64,000 nucleotides of DNA, taken from Mobula hypostoma (lineage: Eukaryota). Positions within the stretch are counted from its first letter, which is position 1. Each line of letters begins with the position of its first letter. The position numbers and the translations under genes were made by a program. The notes below the pieces were generated by a model. That model did not search any database. It saw nothing but the letters and a program-made list of their open reading frames with translations, and had not been told where the DNA came from. This document shows, one piece after another, positions 35,591 through 47,952 of the stretch. The stretch is taken from the NCBI RefSeq assembly GCF_963921235.1, contig NC_086097.1, positions 227,976,001 to 228,040,000 on the forward strand, written 5' to 3'.

Positions 35591-37577
35591 GGTTATTGGA
35601 ACTGCACTCATCCTGGCAAGTGGGGTTTTAGGAATCAGGTGGATTGGATTTTTTGGGGGGGAAATGGGATATTCCTGGGCAATTTGTCAGGTAAATGTCA
35701 GTGTTGTAACTGTAATGGTTTAAATGGGAGTGCAGCTAGTTCTGGAGTGCAGGTTTTCATTACTACAGCTGGATGTTGTCTGGTCACATACCTCTGCTGT
35801 ATCAAATTTTCTCAACCATGACACACGTCAATGGAATTGGCTGGAGACTGGCTTCAGTAAAGGTGTGGTCTCAAGAGAATTTTAACAAGGGGTAATAGCC
35901 TTATTGGTATACATTCATTTAGAGAGAACCTAGAGTAAGGTTTATTGAGATTATCCACCAGATTAATTCAGACCCTCGACAAAGATGCATTGTATCACAG
36001 GATAAGATCACTTCAGAGCTCCTCAGAAGTGTTGATACGTCTTTGTAACTCTTGGAAGGAAGAAATGATCCTCAGGGAACTCACAAATATCCTAACCCAC
36101 TCCGAGTCATCGTCGAACACCACACTTGCCCCAAAGATAAACTCGCTGGCAAAATTATCCTAACGCCTGCTTATTTTCCTGTAGCGTAATTATCAAACAT
36201 CACAGCAACAAGATGAGGGGGAGCATTTTAATTGCCAAACCGGATGCCACCCAGACGCAAACTTAACCCCTCAGTGTATCAGCTCCTCCTTTAATAACGT
36301 ATGACCGGTATCCTCGGCGTTATAATTCGGTGTATTTTCGGTAACACCGTCACCCGCGCGAAGATGGCAGAAAGCTTCCTCACGGCGGGTCCCTGCTCAC
36401 GGTCTCAGCGGGTGGCGGGGCGCAGCAGGTAGAGAAAGACAGGAGAGGGTGGATCAAGGTGGGAAACTAAGTAAGCGGGCGTGAAGAGGGCGTTCAAGAA
36501 AAGACCTGAAGAAAACGGTTGCAAAATAAGACGGGAACTGAGTGAGCATTATACTACCATTCCAAACATAGCAGCTGCCCGGGCGTCTGACGCTATTGTC
36601 CTGTTCTCTATCTCGGGCATTTAAACAGACACAAAAGGACGTCGAAGCGGTGACATCTGCAGAGGACGGGACGCTATATTTGATATCGTTGGGTGACCGA
36701 ATCTGCCAAATCAATCGGTGCATTAACATCAGTAGGTCATGAAAGTACAGATGGGTAGTCGTATTTAAATATCGTAAATCTGATCATTAAAAAAAAATCT
36801 TGACATTGAAAACGGATCTGTTCAATGCTTTAGGTAAAATCAGCGCTCACCGGGCAGCTGTCGGCTAGAAACAACTGACTTAAGGTTTCGAGGAAGGTAG
36901 AGATATTTAAATAGACATTACTGACCAGAGAATAAATATAATAAAGAATCCAACTCTACCAACAAAGAAAACAACTTATGATCATTATCTACCGACGTAA
37001 GTTCGATTTTGAAATTTTGCTATCACTTTCTCCCCCACCCTTATTTCCCAATATTGTTTCACGAGAGGCAGGTGACTTCAAAACGCACCTCCTCACACTA
37101 TCCTACCGAGCGTGGTCACCGTAATCTCCAAAACACACACTTCAATACCCCATGCTCGCCTACACCAAATTTCACAGTAATACAGACACCATACTCACAT
37201 AGCCTCACATACACACCCCCCCACAACACCCACCACCACCCACATCCACACAGTGAGACACACACGTCCACTCTCCTCCTCACACAACTCCTCCGCCCAC
37301 AGCGAAAATACACCCCATAGTCACAGAGATACGCACGTCCACGTTTCACACTCACATTTACACACCGTATAAACACGTCTGCACACTACTACATCGTATA
37401 ACCATACACACACACACACACAAAATGACCAAAACACATACAAACACCCAGCCACAACAGGCATGCACGTACATACACAATAAAGTATCAGGAAATAAAT
37501 GGGACACCGCGGCACATGGAGACTCGTCCTTTTCACTGCCTGAGCCCGGGTGGCCGCGCGAAGCCCCGTGTACTCAC

Positions 37578-37613
37578 CCAGCTGCTGATGGTTGAGACCA
37601 GACGCCAGCCCAT
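37578..37613 (-). CDS. serinc3: SERINC-family gene, coding exon 1 (MGWRLVSTISSW)
   Basis: Minus strand reads AACAAAC-ATGGGC...AGCAGCTGG|gtgagt. This 36-nt phase-0 exon ends in SW like the short first coding exon of SERINC genes, lies in a CpG-rich region, and joins in frame to the IPCLC exon. The family is clear; the paralog assignment is tentative. Confidence 0.85.
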
Positions 37614-37663
37614 GTTTGTTGCAGTCTGGCAGCGACTGGACGAGCGTGCAAGCCGGCGCTTCC

Positions 37664-37671
37664 TGACGTCA
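37664..37671. promoter_or_regulatory. Perfect palindromic CRE (TGACGTCA) with an adjacent ETS-like GGAAG in the SERINC proximal promoter
   Basis: Sequence gcgcttccTGACGTCAgcc lies ~50 bp upstream of the SERINC ATG. Confidence 0.65.
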
Positions 37672-37687
37672 GCCAGGTGTGAGCCCG

Positions 37688-40600
37688 CTTCTCCCCTCTC
37701 CCCTCCCCTCCTCTCCCCTCTCCCCTCCCCTCCTCTCCCCTCTCCCCTCCCCTCTCCCCTCTCCCCTCTCCCCCTCCCCCCTCTCCCCCTCCCCCCTCTC
37801 CCCTCTCCCCCTCCCCCCTCTCCCCCTCCCCCCTCTCCCCTCTCCCCCTCCCCCCTCTCCCCTCTCCCCCTCCCCTCTCCCCCCTCCCCTCCCCTCTCCC
37901 TCCCCCCTCCCCCTCCCCTCACCCCCTCCCCTCCCCCTCCCCGCTCCCCCTCCCCTCTCCCTCCCCCCTCCTCCCCTCTCCCCTCTCCCCTCTCCCCTCT
38001 CCCCTCTCCCCCTCCCCCCTCCCCTCTCCCCCTCCCCTCCCCTCTCCCCCCTCCTCTCCCCCTCCCCTCCCCTCTCCCCCCTCCTCTCCCCCTCCCCTCC
38101 CCTCTCCCCTCCCCTCTCCCCCTCCTCTCCCCCTCCTCTCCCCCTCCCCTCCCCTCTCCCCCTCCTCTCCCCATCCCCTCCCCTCCCCTCCCCCTCCCCT
38201 CCCCAACCCCTCCCCCACCCCTCCCCCTCCCCTCCACTCCCCTCCCCTCTCCCCCCTCCCCTCCCCTCCCCTCTCCCCCTCCCCTCCCCTCCCCTCTCCC
38301 CCCCCCTCCCCTCCCCTCCCCTCCCCTCCCCTCCCCTCCCCTCTCCCCCTCTCCTCCCCCTCCCCTCTCCTCCCCCTCCCCTCTCCCCTCCCCTCTCCCC
38401 TCCCCTCCCCCCTCCCCTCTCCCCTCCCCTCCCCTCCCCTCCCCTCTCCCCTCCCCTCTCCCCTCTCCCCTCTCCCCCTCCCCCCTCTCCCACCTCCCCC
38501 TCCCCTCTCCCCCTCCCCTCCCCTCTCCCTCCCCCCTCCCCCTCCCCTCACCCCCTCCCCTCTCCCTCCCCCCTCCCCCTCCCCTCTCCCTCCCCCTCCC
38601 CCTCCCCCTCCCTCCCCCTCCTCCCCTCTCCCCTCTCCCCTCTCCCCTCTCCCCTCTCCCCCTCCCCCTCCCCTCTCCCCCTCCCCTCCCCTCTCCCCCT
38701 CCTCTCCCCCTCCCCTCCCCTCTCCCCCCTCCTCTCCCCCTCCCCTCCCCTCTCCCCCCTCCTCTCCCCCTCCCCTCCCCTCTCCCCCCTCCCCTCCCCT
38801 CTCCCCTCCCCTCTCCCCCTCCTCTCCCCCTCCTCTCCCCCTCCTCTCCCCCTCCCCTCCCCTCTCCCCCTCCTCTCCCCATCCCCTCCCCTCCCCTCCC
38901 CCTCCCCTCCCCATCCCCTCCCCTCCCCTCCCCCTCCCCTCCACTCCCCTCCCCTCTCCCCCCTCCCCTCTCCCCCCTCCCCTCCCCTCCCCTCTCCCCC
39001 CCCCTCCCCTCCCCTCTCTCCCTCCCCTCCCCTCCCCTCCCCTCCCCTCCCCTCCCCTCTCTCCCCTCCCCTCCCCTCTCCTCCCCCTCCCCTCTCCTCC
39101 CCCCTCCCCTCTCCCCTCCCCTCTCCCCCTCCCCTCCCCTCCCCTCTCCTCTCCCCCTCCCCTCCCCTCCCCTCTCCTCTCCCCCCTCCCCTCCCCTCTC
39201 CTCTCCCCCCTCCCCTCCCCTCCCATCCCATCTCCCCCCTCCCCTCCCCTCTCCCCCCTCCCCTCCCCTCTCCCCCCTCCCCTCCCCTCCCCTCTCCTCC
39301 CCTCTCCCCTCTCCCCTCTCCCCTCCCCTCCTCTCCCCTCTCACCTCCCCTCCTCTCCCCTCTCCCCTCCCCTCCTCTCCCCTCTCCCCTCCCCTCTCCC
39401 CTCCCCTCTCCCCTCTCCCCTCTCCCCCTCCCCTCCCCTCTCCCCCCTCCCCTCCCCTCTCCCCCCTCCCCTCCCCTCTCCCTCCCCCCTCCCCCCTCCC
39501 CCCTCCCCTCTCCCCCCTCCCCCTCCCCTCTCCCCCTCCCCTCCCCCTTCCCTCTCCCCCTCCCCTCCCCCTCCCCCCTCCCCCTCCCCTCTCCCTCCCC
39601 CTCCCCCTCCCCCTCCCCCTCCCCTCTCCCCCTCTCCCCTCTCCCCTCTCCCCCCTCTCCCCTCTCCCCTCTCCCCTCTCCCCTCTCCCCTCTCCCCCTC
39701 CCCCCTCCCCTCTCCCCTCTCCCCCTCCCCTCCCCTCTCCCCCCTCCTCTCCCCCTCCCCTCCCATCTCCCCCCTCCTCTCCCCATCCGCTCCCCTCCCC
39801 CTCCCCTCCCCATCCCCTCCCCCTCCCCTCCCCATCCCCTCCCCCTCCCCTCGCCTCCCCTCCCCTCCCCTCCCCTCTCCCCCCTCCCCTCTCCCCCCTC
39901 CCCTCCCCTCCCTCCCCTCCCCTCCCCTCCCCTCCCCTCCCCTCTCCCCCCTCCACTCCCCTCCCCTCTCCCCCCTCCACTCCCCTCCCCTCCCCTCCCC
40001 TCCCCTCTCCCCCTCCCCTCCCCTCTCCTCCCCCTCCCCTCTCCTCCCCCTCCCCTCTCCCCTACCCTCCCCCCTACCCTCTCCCCTCCCCTCCCCTCCC
40101 CTCCCCTCTCCTCCCCTCCCCTCCCCTCTCCTCCCCTCCCCTCCCCTCCCCTCTCCTCCCCTCTCCTCCCCTCTCCTCCCCTCTCCCCCCTCTCCTCCCC
40201 TCTCCCCCTCCCCTCCCCTCCCCTCTCCTCTCCCCCCTCCCCTCCCCTCCCCTCTCCCCTCCCCTCCCCTCTCCCCCCTCCCTTCCCCTCTCCCCCCTCC
40301 CCTCTCCCCCTCCCCTCTCCCCCCTCCCCTCCCCTCTCCCCCCTCCCCTCCCCTCCCCTCTCCTCCCCTCTCCCCCCTCCCCTCCCCGCTCCCCCCTCCT
40401 CTCCCCTCTCCCCTCTCTCCCCTCTCCCCTCTCTCCCCTCCCCTCTCCCCTCTCTCCCCTCCCCTCCCCTCTCCCCTCTCTCCCCCTCTCCTCCCCTCTC
40501 TCCCCCTCCCCTCTCTCCCCCTCTCCTCCCCTCTCCCCCTCTCCTCCCCTCCCCCTCTCCCCCTCTCCTCCCCTCTCTCCCCCTCTCCTCCCCTCTCTCC

Positions 40601-43600
40601 CCCTCTCCTCCCCCTCTCTCCCCCCTCCCCTCTCTCCCCCTCCCCTCTCTCCCCCTCCCCTCTCTCCCCCTCCCCTCTCTCCCTCTCCTCTCCCCCTCCC
40701 CTCCCCCCTCTCCTCTCCCCCTCCCCTCCCCCTCTCCTCTCCCCTCTCCCCCCTCCCCTCCCCCTACCCCCTCCCCCCTCTACCCCCTCCCCTCCCTCCC
40801 CCTCCCCTCTCCCCCCTCCCCTCTCCCCTCTCCTCCCTCCCCTCTCCCCCCTCCCCTCCCCTCTCCCCCCTCCCCTCTCCCCACTCCCCTCTCCCCCCCT
40901 CCCCTCTCCCCCCTCCCCTCTCCTCCCTCCCCTCTCCTCCCCTCTCCCCCCCTCCCCTCTCCTCCCCTCTCCTCCCCTCTCCTCCCTACCCTCTCCTCCC
41001 CTCTCCCCCCCCTCTCCTCCCCTCTCCTCCCCTCCCCTCCCCTCCCCTCCCCTCTCCCCCCTCTCCCCTCTCCTCTCCCCCCTCTCCCCTCTCCTCTCCC
41101 CCCTCTCCCCTCTCCCCCTCTCCCCCTCCCCTCCCCTCCCCTCCCCCCTCCCCTCCCCTCCCCTCCCCCCTCCCCTCCCCTCCCCTCCCCCCTCCCCTCT
41201 CCCTCCCCCCCTCCCCTCCCCTCCCCTCCCCTCTCCCTCCTCCCCTCCCCCTCCTCCCCTCCCCTCTCCCTCCTCCCCTCCCCTCTCCCTCCTCCCCTCC
41301 CCTCTCCCTCCTCCCCTCCCCTCTCCCTCCTCCCCTCCCCTCCCCTCTCCCTCCTCCCCTCCCCTCTCTCTCCTCCCCTCCCCTCCCCTCTCTCTCCTCC
41401 CCTCCCCTCCCCTCTCTCTCCTCCCCTCCCCTCCCCTCTCTCCCCTCTCCTCCCCTCTCTCCCCTCTCCTCCCCTCTCTCCCCTCTCCTCCCCTCCCCCT
41501 CTCCCCTCCCCTCTCTCCCCTCTCCTCCCCTCTCTCCCCTCTCCTCCCCTCTCCTCTCTCCCCTCTCCTCCCCTCCCCTCGCTCCCCTCTCCTCCCCTCC
41601 CCTCGCTCCACTCTTCTCCCCTCTACCCCCTCTCCTCCCCTCCCCCTCTCCCTTCCCCTCTCTCCCCTCTCCTCCCCTCTCTCCCCTCTCCTCCCCTCTC
41701 CTCTCTCCCCTCTCCTCCCCTCCCCTCGCTCCCCTCTCCTCCCCTCCCCTCGCTCCACTCTTCTCCCCTCTACCCCCTCTCCTCCCCTCCCCCTCTCCCT
41801 TCCCCTCTCTCCCCTCTCCTCCCCTCTCTCCCCTCTCCTCCCCTCTCCTCTCTCCCCTCTCCTCCCCTCCCCTCTCCCCCCTCCCCTCCCCTCTCCCCTC
41901 TCTCCCCCCCTCCTCCCCTCTCTCCCCCTCCCCTCTCTCCCCCTCCCCTCTCTCCCCTCTCCTCCCCTCTCCTCTCTCCCCTCTCCTCCGCTCCCCTCTC
42001 CCCTCCCCTCCCCTCGCTCCACTCTTCTCCCCTCTACCCCCTCTCCTCCCCTCCCCCTCTCCCTTCCCCTCTCTCCCCTCTCCTCCCCTCTCTCCCCTCT
42101 CCTCCCCTCTCCTCTCTCCCCTCTCCTCCCCTCCCCTCTCCCCCCTCCCCTCCCCTCTCCCCTCTCTCCCCCTCCTCCCCTCTCTCCCCCCTCCCCTCTC
42201 TCCCCCTCCCCTCTCTCCCCCCTCCCCTCTCTCCCCCTCCCCTCTCTCCCCCCTCCCCTCTCTCCCCCTCCCCTCTCTCCCCCTCCCCTCCCCTCTCTCC
42301 CCCTCCCCTCCCCCCTCCCCTCTCTTTTCCTCCCCTCCCCCCTCCCCTCTCTCCCACTCCCCTCCCCCCTCCTCCCCCCTCCCCTCCCCTCCCCGACCCT
42401 CCCCTCCCCTCCCCCTCCCCTCCCCTCCCCTCCCCCCTCCCCTCCCCTCCCCTCCCCTCCCCCTCCCCTCCCCTCTCCCCTCCCCTCCCCCTCCCCTCTC
42501 CCCTCCCCTCCCCTCCCCTCCCCCCCTCCCCCCTCCCCCCTCCTCTCCCCCTCCTCTCCCTCCTCCTCTCCCCCTCCTCTACCCCTCCTCTACCCCTCCT
42601 CTCCCTCCTCCTCTCCCCCTCCTCTCCTCCTCTCCTCCCCCTCTCCTCCTCCTCCTCCCCCCCTCCCCCCCCTCCCCCTCCTCTCCCCCTCCTCTCCCCC
42701 TCCCCCCCCTCCTCCCCCTCTCCCCCCTCCCCCCTCCTCCCCCCTCTCCCCTCTCCCCTCCCCCCTCCCCCTCCCCTCCCCTCCCCTCCCCCTCCCCCCC
42801 CCTCCCCCTCCCCTCCCCTTCCCCTCCCCCTCCCCCCCTCCCCCTCCCCCTCCCCCTCCCCACCCCCCTCCCCCCCCTCCCCTCCCCCTCCCCCTCCCCC
42901 CCCTCCCCCTCCCCTTCCCCCTCCCCCTTCCCCTTCCCCCTCCCCCTCCCCTTCCCCTCCCCCCCTTCCCCCTCCCCCTCCTCTCCCCCATCCCCCCTCC
43001 TCTCCCCCCTCCCCCTCCTCTCCCCCCTCCCCTCCCCTCTCCCTCCCCCCTCCTCTCCCCTCTCCCTCCTCCCCTCCCCTCCCCTCTCCCTCCCCTCCTC
43101 CCCTCCCCTCTCCCTCCTCCCCCTCCCCTCCCTCTCCCCCTCCCCTCCCCTCTCCTCCCCTCTCCTCCCCCTCTCCCCCTCTCCTCTCCCCCCTCTCCTC
43201 TCCCCCTCCTCTCCCCCTCCCCCCCTCCTCCCCCTCTCCCCCCTCCCCCCCCCCCCCCCCCTCGTCCCCCCTCCTCCCCCCTCCCCCCTCCCCCCTCCCC
43301 TCCCCTCCCCCCTCCCCTCCCCTCCCCCTCCCCTCCCCTCCCCTCCCCCCTCCCCCCACCCCCCTCCCCCTCCCCCTCCCCCCTCCCCCTCCCCCCTCCC
43401 CCTCCCCCTCCCCCCTCCCCCTCCCCCTCCTCCCTCTCCCCCCTCCCCTCTCCTCCCTCTCCCCCCTCCCCTCTCCCCCCTCCCCTCCCTCTCCCCCCTC
43501 CCCTCTCCTCCCCTCTCCTCCCCTCTCCTCCCCTCTCCTCCCCTCTCTCCCCCTCTCCTCCCCTCTCCTCCCCTCTCCTCCCCTCTCCCCCCCTCCCCCC

Positions 43601-46600
43601 GCCGCCCCGCCCCTCCTCCCCCCTCCCCCCCCCTCCCCCTCCCCCTTCCCCCTCCCCCTCCCCCTCCTCTCCCCCTCCCCCTCCCCCTCCTCTCCCCCTC
43701 CCCCTCCCCCTCCTCTCCCCCCTCCCCTCCCCTCTCCCTCCTCCCCTCCCCTCTCCCCTCCCCCCTCCCTCCCCTCTCCCTCCCCCCCTCCCCTCCCCTC
43801 TCCCTCCCCCCCTCCCCTCCCCTCTCCCTCCTCCCCTCCCCTCTCCCTCCTCCCCTCCCCTCTCCCTCCCCTCCTCCCCTCTCCCTCCCCTCCTCCCCTC
43901 CCCTCTCCCTCCCCTCCTCCCCTCCCCTCTCCTCCCCTCTCCTCCCCTCTCTCCCCCTCTCCTCCCCTCCCCCCTCCCCCTCCCCCACCCCCTCCCCCTC
44001 CCCCCTCCCCCTCCCCCCTCCCCTTCCACTTCCCCCTCCTCCCTCCCCCTCCCCCCTCCCCTTCCACTTCCCCCTCCTCCCTCCCCCTCCCCTTCCCCCT
44101 CCCCTCCCCCTCCCTCTACCCCCTCCCCTCCCCCCTCCTCTACCCCCTCCCCCTCCCCCCTCCTCTCCCCCCTCCCCCCCCCCCCCTCCTCTCCCCCCTC
44201 CCCCCTCCCCCCTCCTCTCCCCCCTCCCCCCTCCTCTCCCCCTCCTCTCCCCCTCCTCTCCCCCTCCCCTCTCTCCCCCTCCCCTCTCTCCCCCTCCCCT
44301 CTCTCCCCCTCCCCTCTCTCCCCCTCCCCTCTCCCCTCCCTCTCCCCCCTCCCCTCCCCTCCCTCTCACCCCTCCCCTCCCCTCCCTCTCCCCCTCCCCT
44401 CTCCTCCCTCTCCTCCCTCTCCCCCTCCCCTCTCCTCCCTCTCCCCCTCCCCTCTCCTCCCCTCTCCTCCCCTCTCCTCCCCTCTCCTCCCCTCTCTCCC
44501 CCTCCCCCTCCCCCCTCCCACTCCCCCCTCCCCCTCCCCTTCCCCCTCCCCCTTCCCCTTCCCCCTCCCCCTCCCCTCCCCCTCCCCCCTCCTCTCCCCC
44601 TCCCCCCTCCTCTCCCCCCTCCCCCCTCCTCTCCCCCTCCCCCTCCTCTCCCCCCTCCCCTCCCCTCTCCCTCCCCCCTCCCCTCCCCCTCCCCCCTCCC
44701 CTCCCCTCTCACTCCCCCCCTCCCCTCCCCTCTCCCTCCCCCCCTCCCCTCCCCTCTCCCTCCCCCCTCCCCTCCCCTCTCCCTCCCCCCTCCCCTCCCC
44801 TCTCCCTCCTCCCCTCCCCTCTCCCTCCTCCCCTCCCCTCTCCCTCCTCCCCTCCCCTTCCCTCTCTCCCACCTCCCCTCTCTCCCCTCTCCTCCCCTCC
44901 CCTCCCCTCCCCTCTCTCCCCTCTCCTCCCCTCCCCTCTCTCCCCTCTCCTCCCCTCCCCTCTCTCCCCTCTCCTCCCCTCCCCTCTCTCCCCTCTCCTC
45001 CCCTCCCCTCTCTCCCCCTCTCCTCCCCTCTCTCCCCCTCCCCTCTCTCCCCCTCCCCTCTCTCCCCCTCCCCTCCCCCCTCCTCTCCCCTCCCCTCCCC
45101 TCCCCGCTCCCCTCCCTTCCTCTCCCCCTCCTCTCCCTCCTCTCCATCTCCTCTCCCTCCTCCTCTCCCCCTCCTCTCCTCCTCTCCTCCCCCCTCCCGT
45201 CCTCACCTCCTACCCCCTCCCCCTCCTCCCCCCTCCTCCCCCTCTCCTCCCCCTCCTCCCCCTCTCCTCCCCCTCCTCCCCCTCTCCTCCCCACTCCCCT
45301 CCCCCTCCTCCCCCTCTCCTCCCCCTCCTCCCCCTCCTCCCCCTCTCCTCCCCCTCCTCCCCCTCTCCCCCTCTCCCCCTCCCCCCTCCCCCCTCGTCCC
45401 CCCTCTCCCCTCCCCTCCCCCCCTCCCCTCCCCCCCTCCTCCCCTCTCCTCCCCTCTCTCCCCCTCCCCTCTCTCCCCCTCCCCTCTCTCCCCCTCCCCT
45501 CCCTCCCCTCTCCCCCCTCCCCTCCCCTCCCTCCCCTCTCCCCCCTCCCCTCCCCTCCCTCTCCCCCTCCCCTCCCCTCCCTCTCCCCCCTCCCCTCCCC
45601 TCCCTCTCCCCCCTCCCTTCCCCTCTCCTCCCCTCTCTCCCCCTCTCCTCCCCTCTCTCTCGCCTCCCCTCTCTCCCCCTCCCCTCTCTCCCTCTCCTCT
45701 CCCCCCTCTCCTCTCCCCCCTCCTCTCCCCCCTCCCCTCCCCTCCCTCTCCCCCCTCCCCTCCCCTCCCTCTCCCCCTCCCCTCCCTCTCCCCCTCCCCT
45801 CCTCTCCCCTCCCCTCTCCCCCCTCCCCTCCCCTCTCCTCCCCTCTCTCCCCCTCTCCTCCCCTCCCTCCCCCTCCCCCTCCCCCCTCCCCCTCCCCTTC
45901 CCCCTTCCCCCTCCCCCCTCCCCCTCCCCTTCCCCCTCCCCCTCCCCCTCCCCCCCCTCCCCCTCCTCCCTCCTCTCCCCCCTCCCCCCCTCCCCTCCCC
46001 TCTCCCTCCCCCCCTCCCCTCCCCTCTCCCTCCTCCCCTCCCTCCTCCCCTCCCCTCTCCCTCCTCCCCTCCCCTCCCCTCTCCCTCCTCCCCTCCCCTC
46101 CCCTCTCCCTCCTCCCCTCCCCCCCCTCCCCCCCTCCTCCCCCTCCCCTCTCTCCCCCTCCCCTCTCTCCCCCTCCCCTCTCTCCCCCTCCCCTCTCTCC
46201 CTCTCCTCTCCCCCCGCTCCTCTCCCCTCTCCTCTCCCCGCTCCTCTCCCCCTCCTCTCCCCCTCCCCCCTCCCCCTCCCCCTCCCCCTTCCCCCTCCCC
46301 TTCCCCCTCCCCTTCCCCCTCCCCCTCCCCCTCCCCCTCCCCCTCCCCCTCCCCCTCCCCTTCCCCCTCCCCTTCTCCCTCCCCCTCCCCCTCCCCTTCC
46401 CCCTCCCCCTCCCCTTCCCTCCCCTCCCCTTCCCCCTCCCCCTCCCCTTCCCTCCCCTCCCCTTCCCCCTCCCCCTCCCCCTCCTCTCCCCCCTCCCCCC
46501 TCCTCTCCCCCCTCCCCCCTCCCCTCCCCTCTCCCCCCTCCACTCCCCCTCCCTTCCCCCTCCCCCTCCCCTTCCCCCTCCCCCTCCTCCCTCCTCTCCC

Positions 46601-47569
46601 CCCTCCCCCCCTCCACTCCCCTCTCCCTCCCCCCCTCCCCTCTCTCCCCTCCCCTCCCTCTCTCTCCCCTCCCTCTCCCCCCTCCCCTCCCCTCCCTCTC
46701 CCCCCTCCCCTCCCCTCCCTCTCCCCTCCCTCCCCCCCCTCCCCTCCCCTCCCCTCCCCTCCCCCTCCCCTCCCCCTCCCCTCCCCTCCCCTCCCCTCTC
46801 CTCCCCTCTCCTCCCCTCTCCTCCCCTCTCCTCCCCTCTCTCCCCCTCTCTCCCCCTCTCCTCCCCTCTCTCCCCCCTCCCCTCTCTCCCCCTCCCGCCT
46901 CCCCCTCCTCTCCCCCTCCTCTCCCCCTCCTCTCCCCCTCCTCTCCCCTCTCTCCCCCCTCCCCTCTCTCCCCCTCCCGCCTCCCCCTCCCCCTCCTCCC
47001 TCCCCCCTCCTCCTCCCTCCCCCCTCCTCTCCCCTCCCCCCTCCTCCCCCCTCCTCCCCCCTCCTCCCCCCTCCTCCCCCTCCCCCTCCCCCCTCCTCCC
47101 CCTCCCCCTCCCCCTCCTCCCCCTCCCCCTCCCCCCTCCCCCCTCCCCCCTCCCCCCTCCCCCCTCCCCCCTCCCCCCTCCCCCCTCCCCCCTCCTCCCC
47201 CTCCCCCCTCCTCTCCCTCCCCCCTCCCTCCTCCCTCCCCCCCTCCTCCCTCCTCCCCTCCTCCCTCCCCCTCCTCCCTCCCCCCTCCTCCCTCCCCCTC
47301 CTCTCCCCTCCCCCCTCCTCCCTTCCCCCTCCTCCCCCCTCCTCCCCCCTCCCCCTCCTCCCCCCCTCCCCCCTCCCCCCTCCCCCTCCTCCCCCCTCCC
47401 CCCTCCCCCCTCCCCCTCCTCCCCCCTCCCCCCTCCTCCCCCTCCTCCCCCCTCCCCCCTCCCCCTCCTCCCCCCCCCTCCCCCCTCCTCCCCCCCCCCC
47501 CTCCCCCCCTCCCCCCCTCCCCCCTCCTCCCCCCTCCTCCCCCCCCCCCCCCCCCCCCCTCCCCCCCCC

Positions 47570-47616
<47 letters not shown>

Positions 47617-47952
47617 CCCCTCCCCCCTCCTCCCCCCTCCTCCCCCTCCCCCCCCCCCCCCTCCCCTCCTCCCCCTCCTCCCCCCTCCCCCCCTCCCCCC
47701 CTCCTCCCCCTCCTCCCCCCTCCCCCCCTCCTCCCCCCCCCCCCCTCCTCCCCCCTCCCCCCTCCTCCCCCCTCCCCCCCTCCTCCCCCCTCCCCCCTCC
47801 TCCCCCTCCTCCCCCCTCCTCCCCCCCTCCTCCTCCTCCCCCCTCCTCCCCCTCCTCCCCCCTCCTCCCCCTCCTCCCCCCTCCTCCCCCCCCTCCTCCC
47901 CCCCTCCTCCCCCTCCTCCCCCCCTCCTCCCCCCCTCCTCCCCCTCTCTTCC
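37688..47952. repeat. ~10.3 kb polypyrimidine/polypurine tract of degenerate (CCCCT/CCTCT/CCT)n
   Basis: The plus strand is almost exclusively C and T with only scattered A or G. It decays into long poly-C runs near 47540-47660. Confidence 0.97.

Larger units (their letters stand above)
36100..37690. promoter_or_regulatory. CpG-retaining region spanning the SERINC promoter, exon 1 and start of intron 1
   Basis: Visibly high CpG density (e.g. cacccgcgcg, ggccgcgcg, gccggcgc) against a CpG-depleted background. Interrupted by CA-rich low-complexity sequence at ~37130-37480. Confidence 0.6.

Noticed and set aside
37130..37480. His/Thr/Pro-rich and Cys/Val-rich ORFs in SERINC intron 1
   Set aside because: Products of CA/GT low-complexity sequence.
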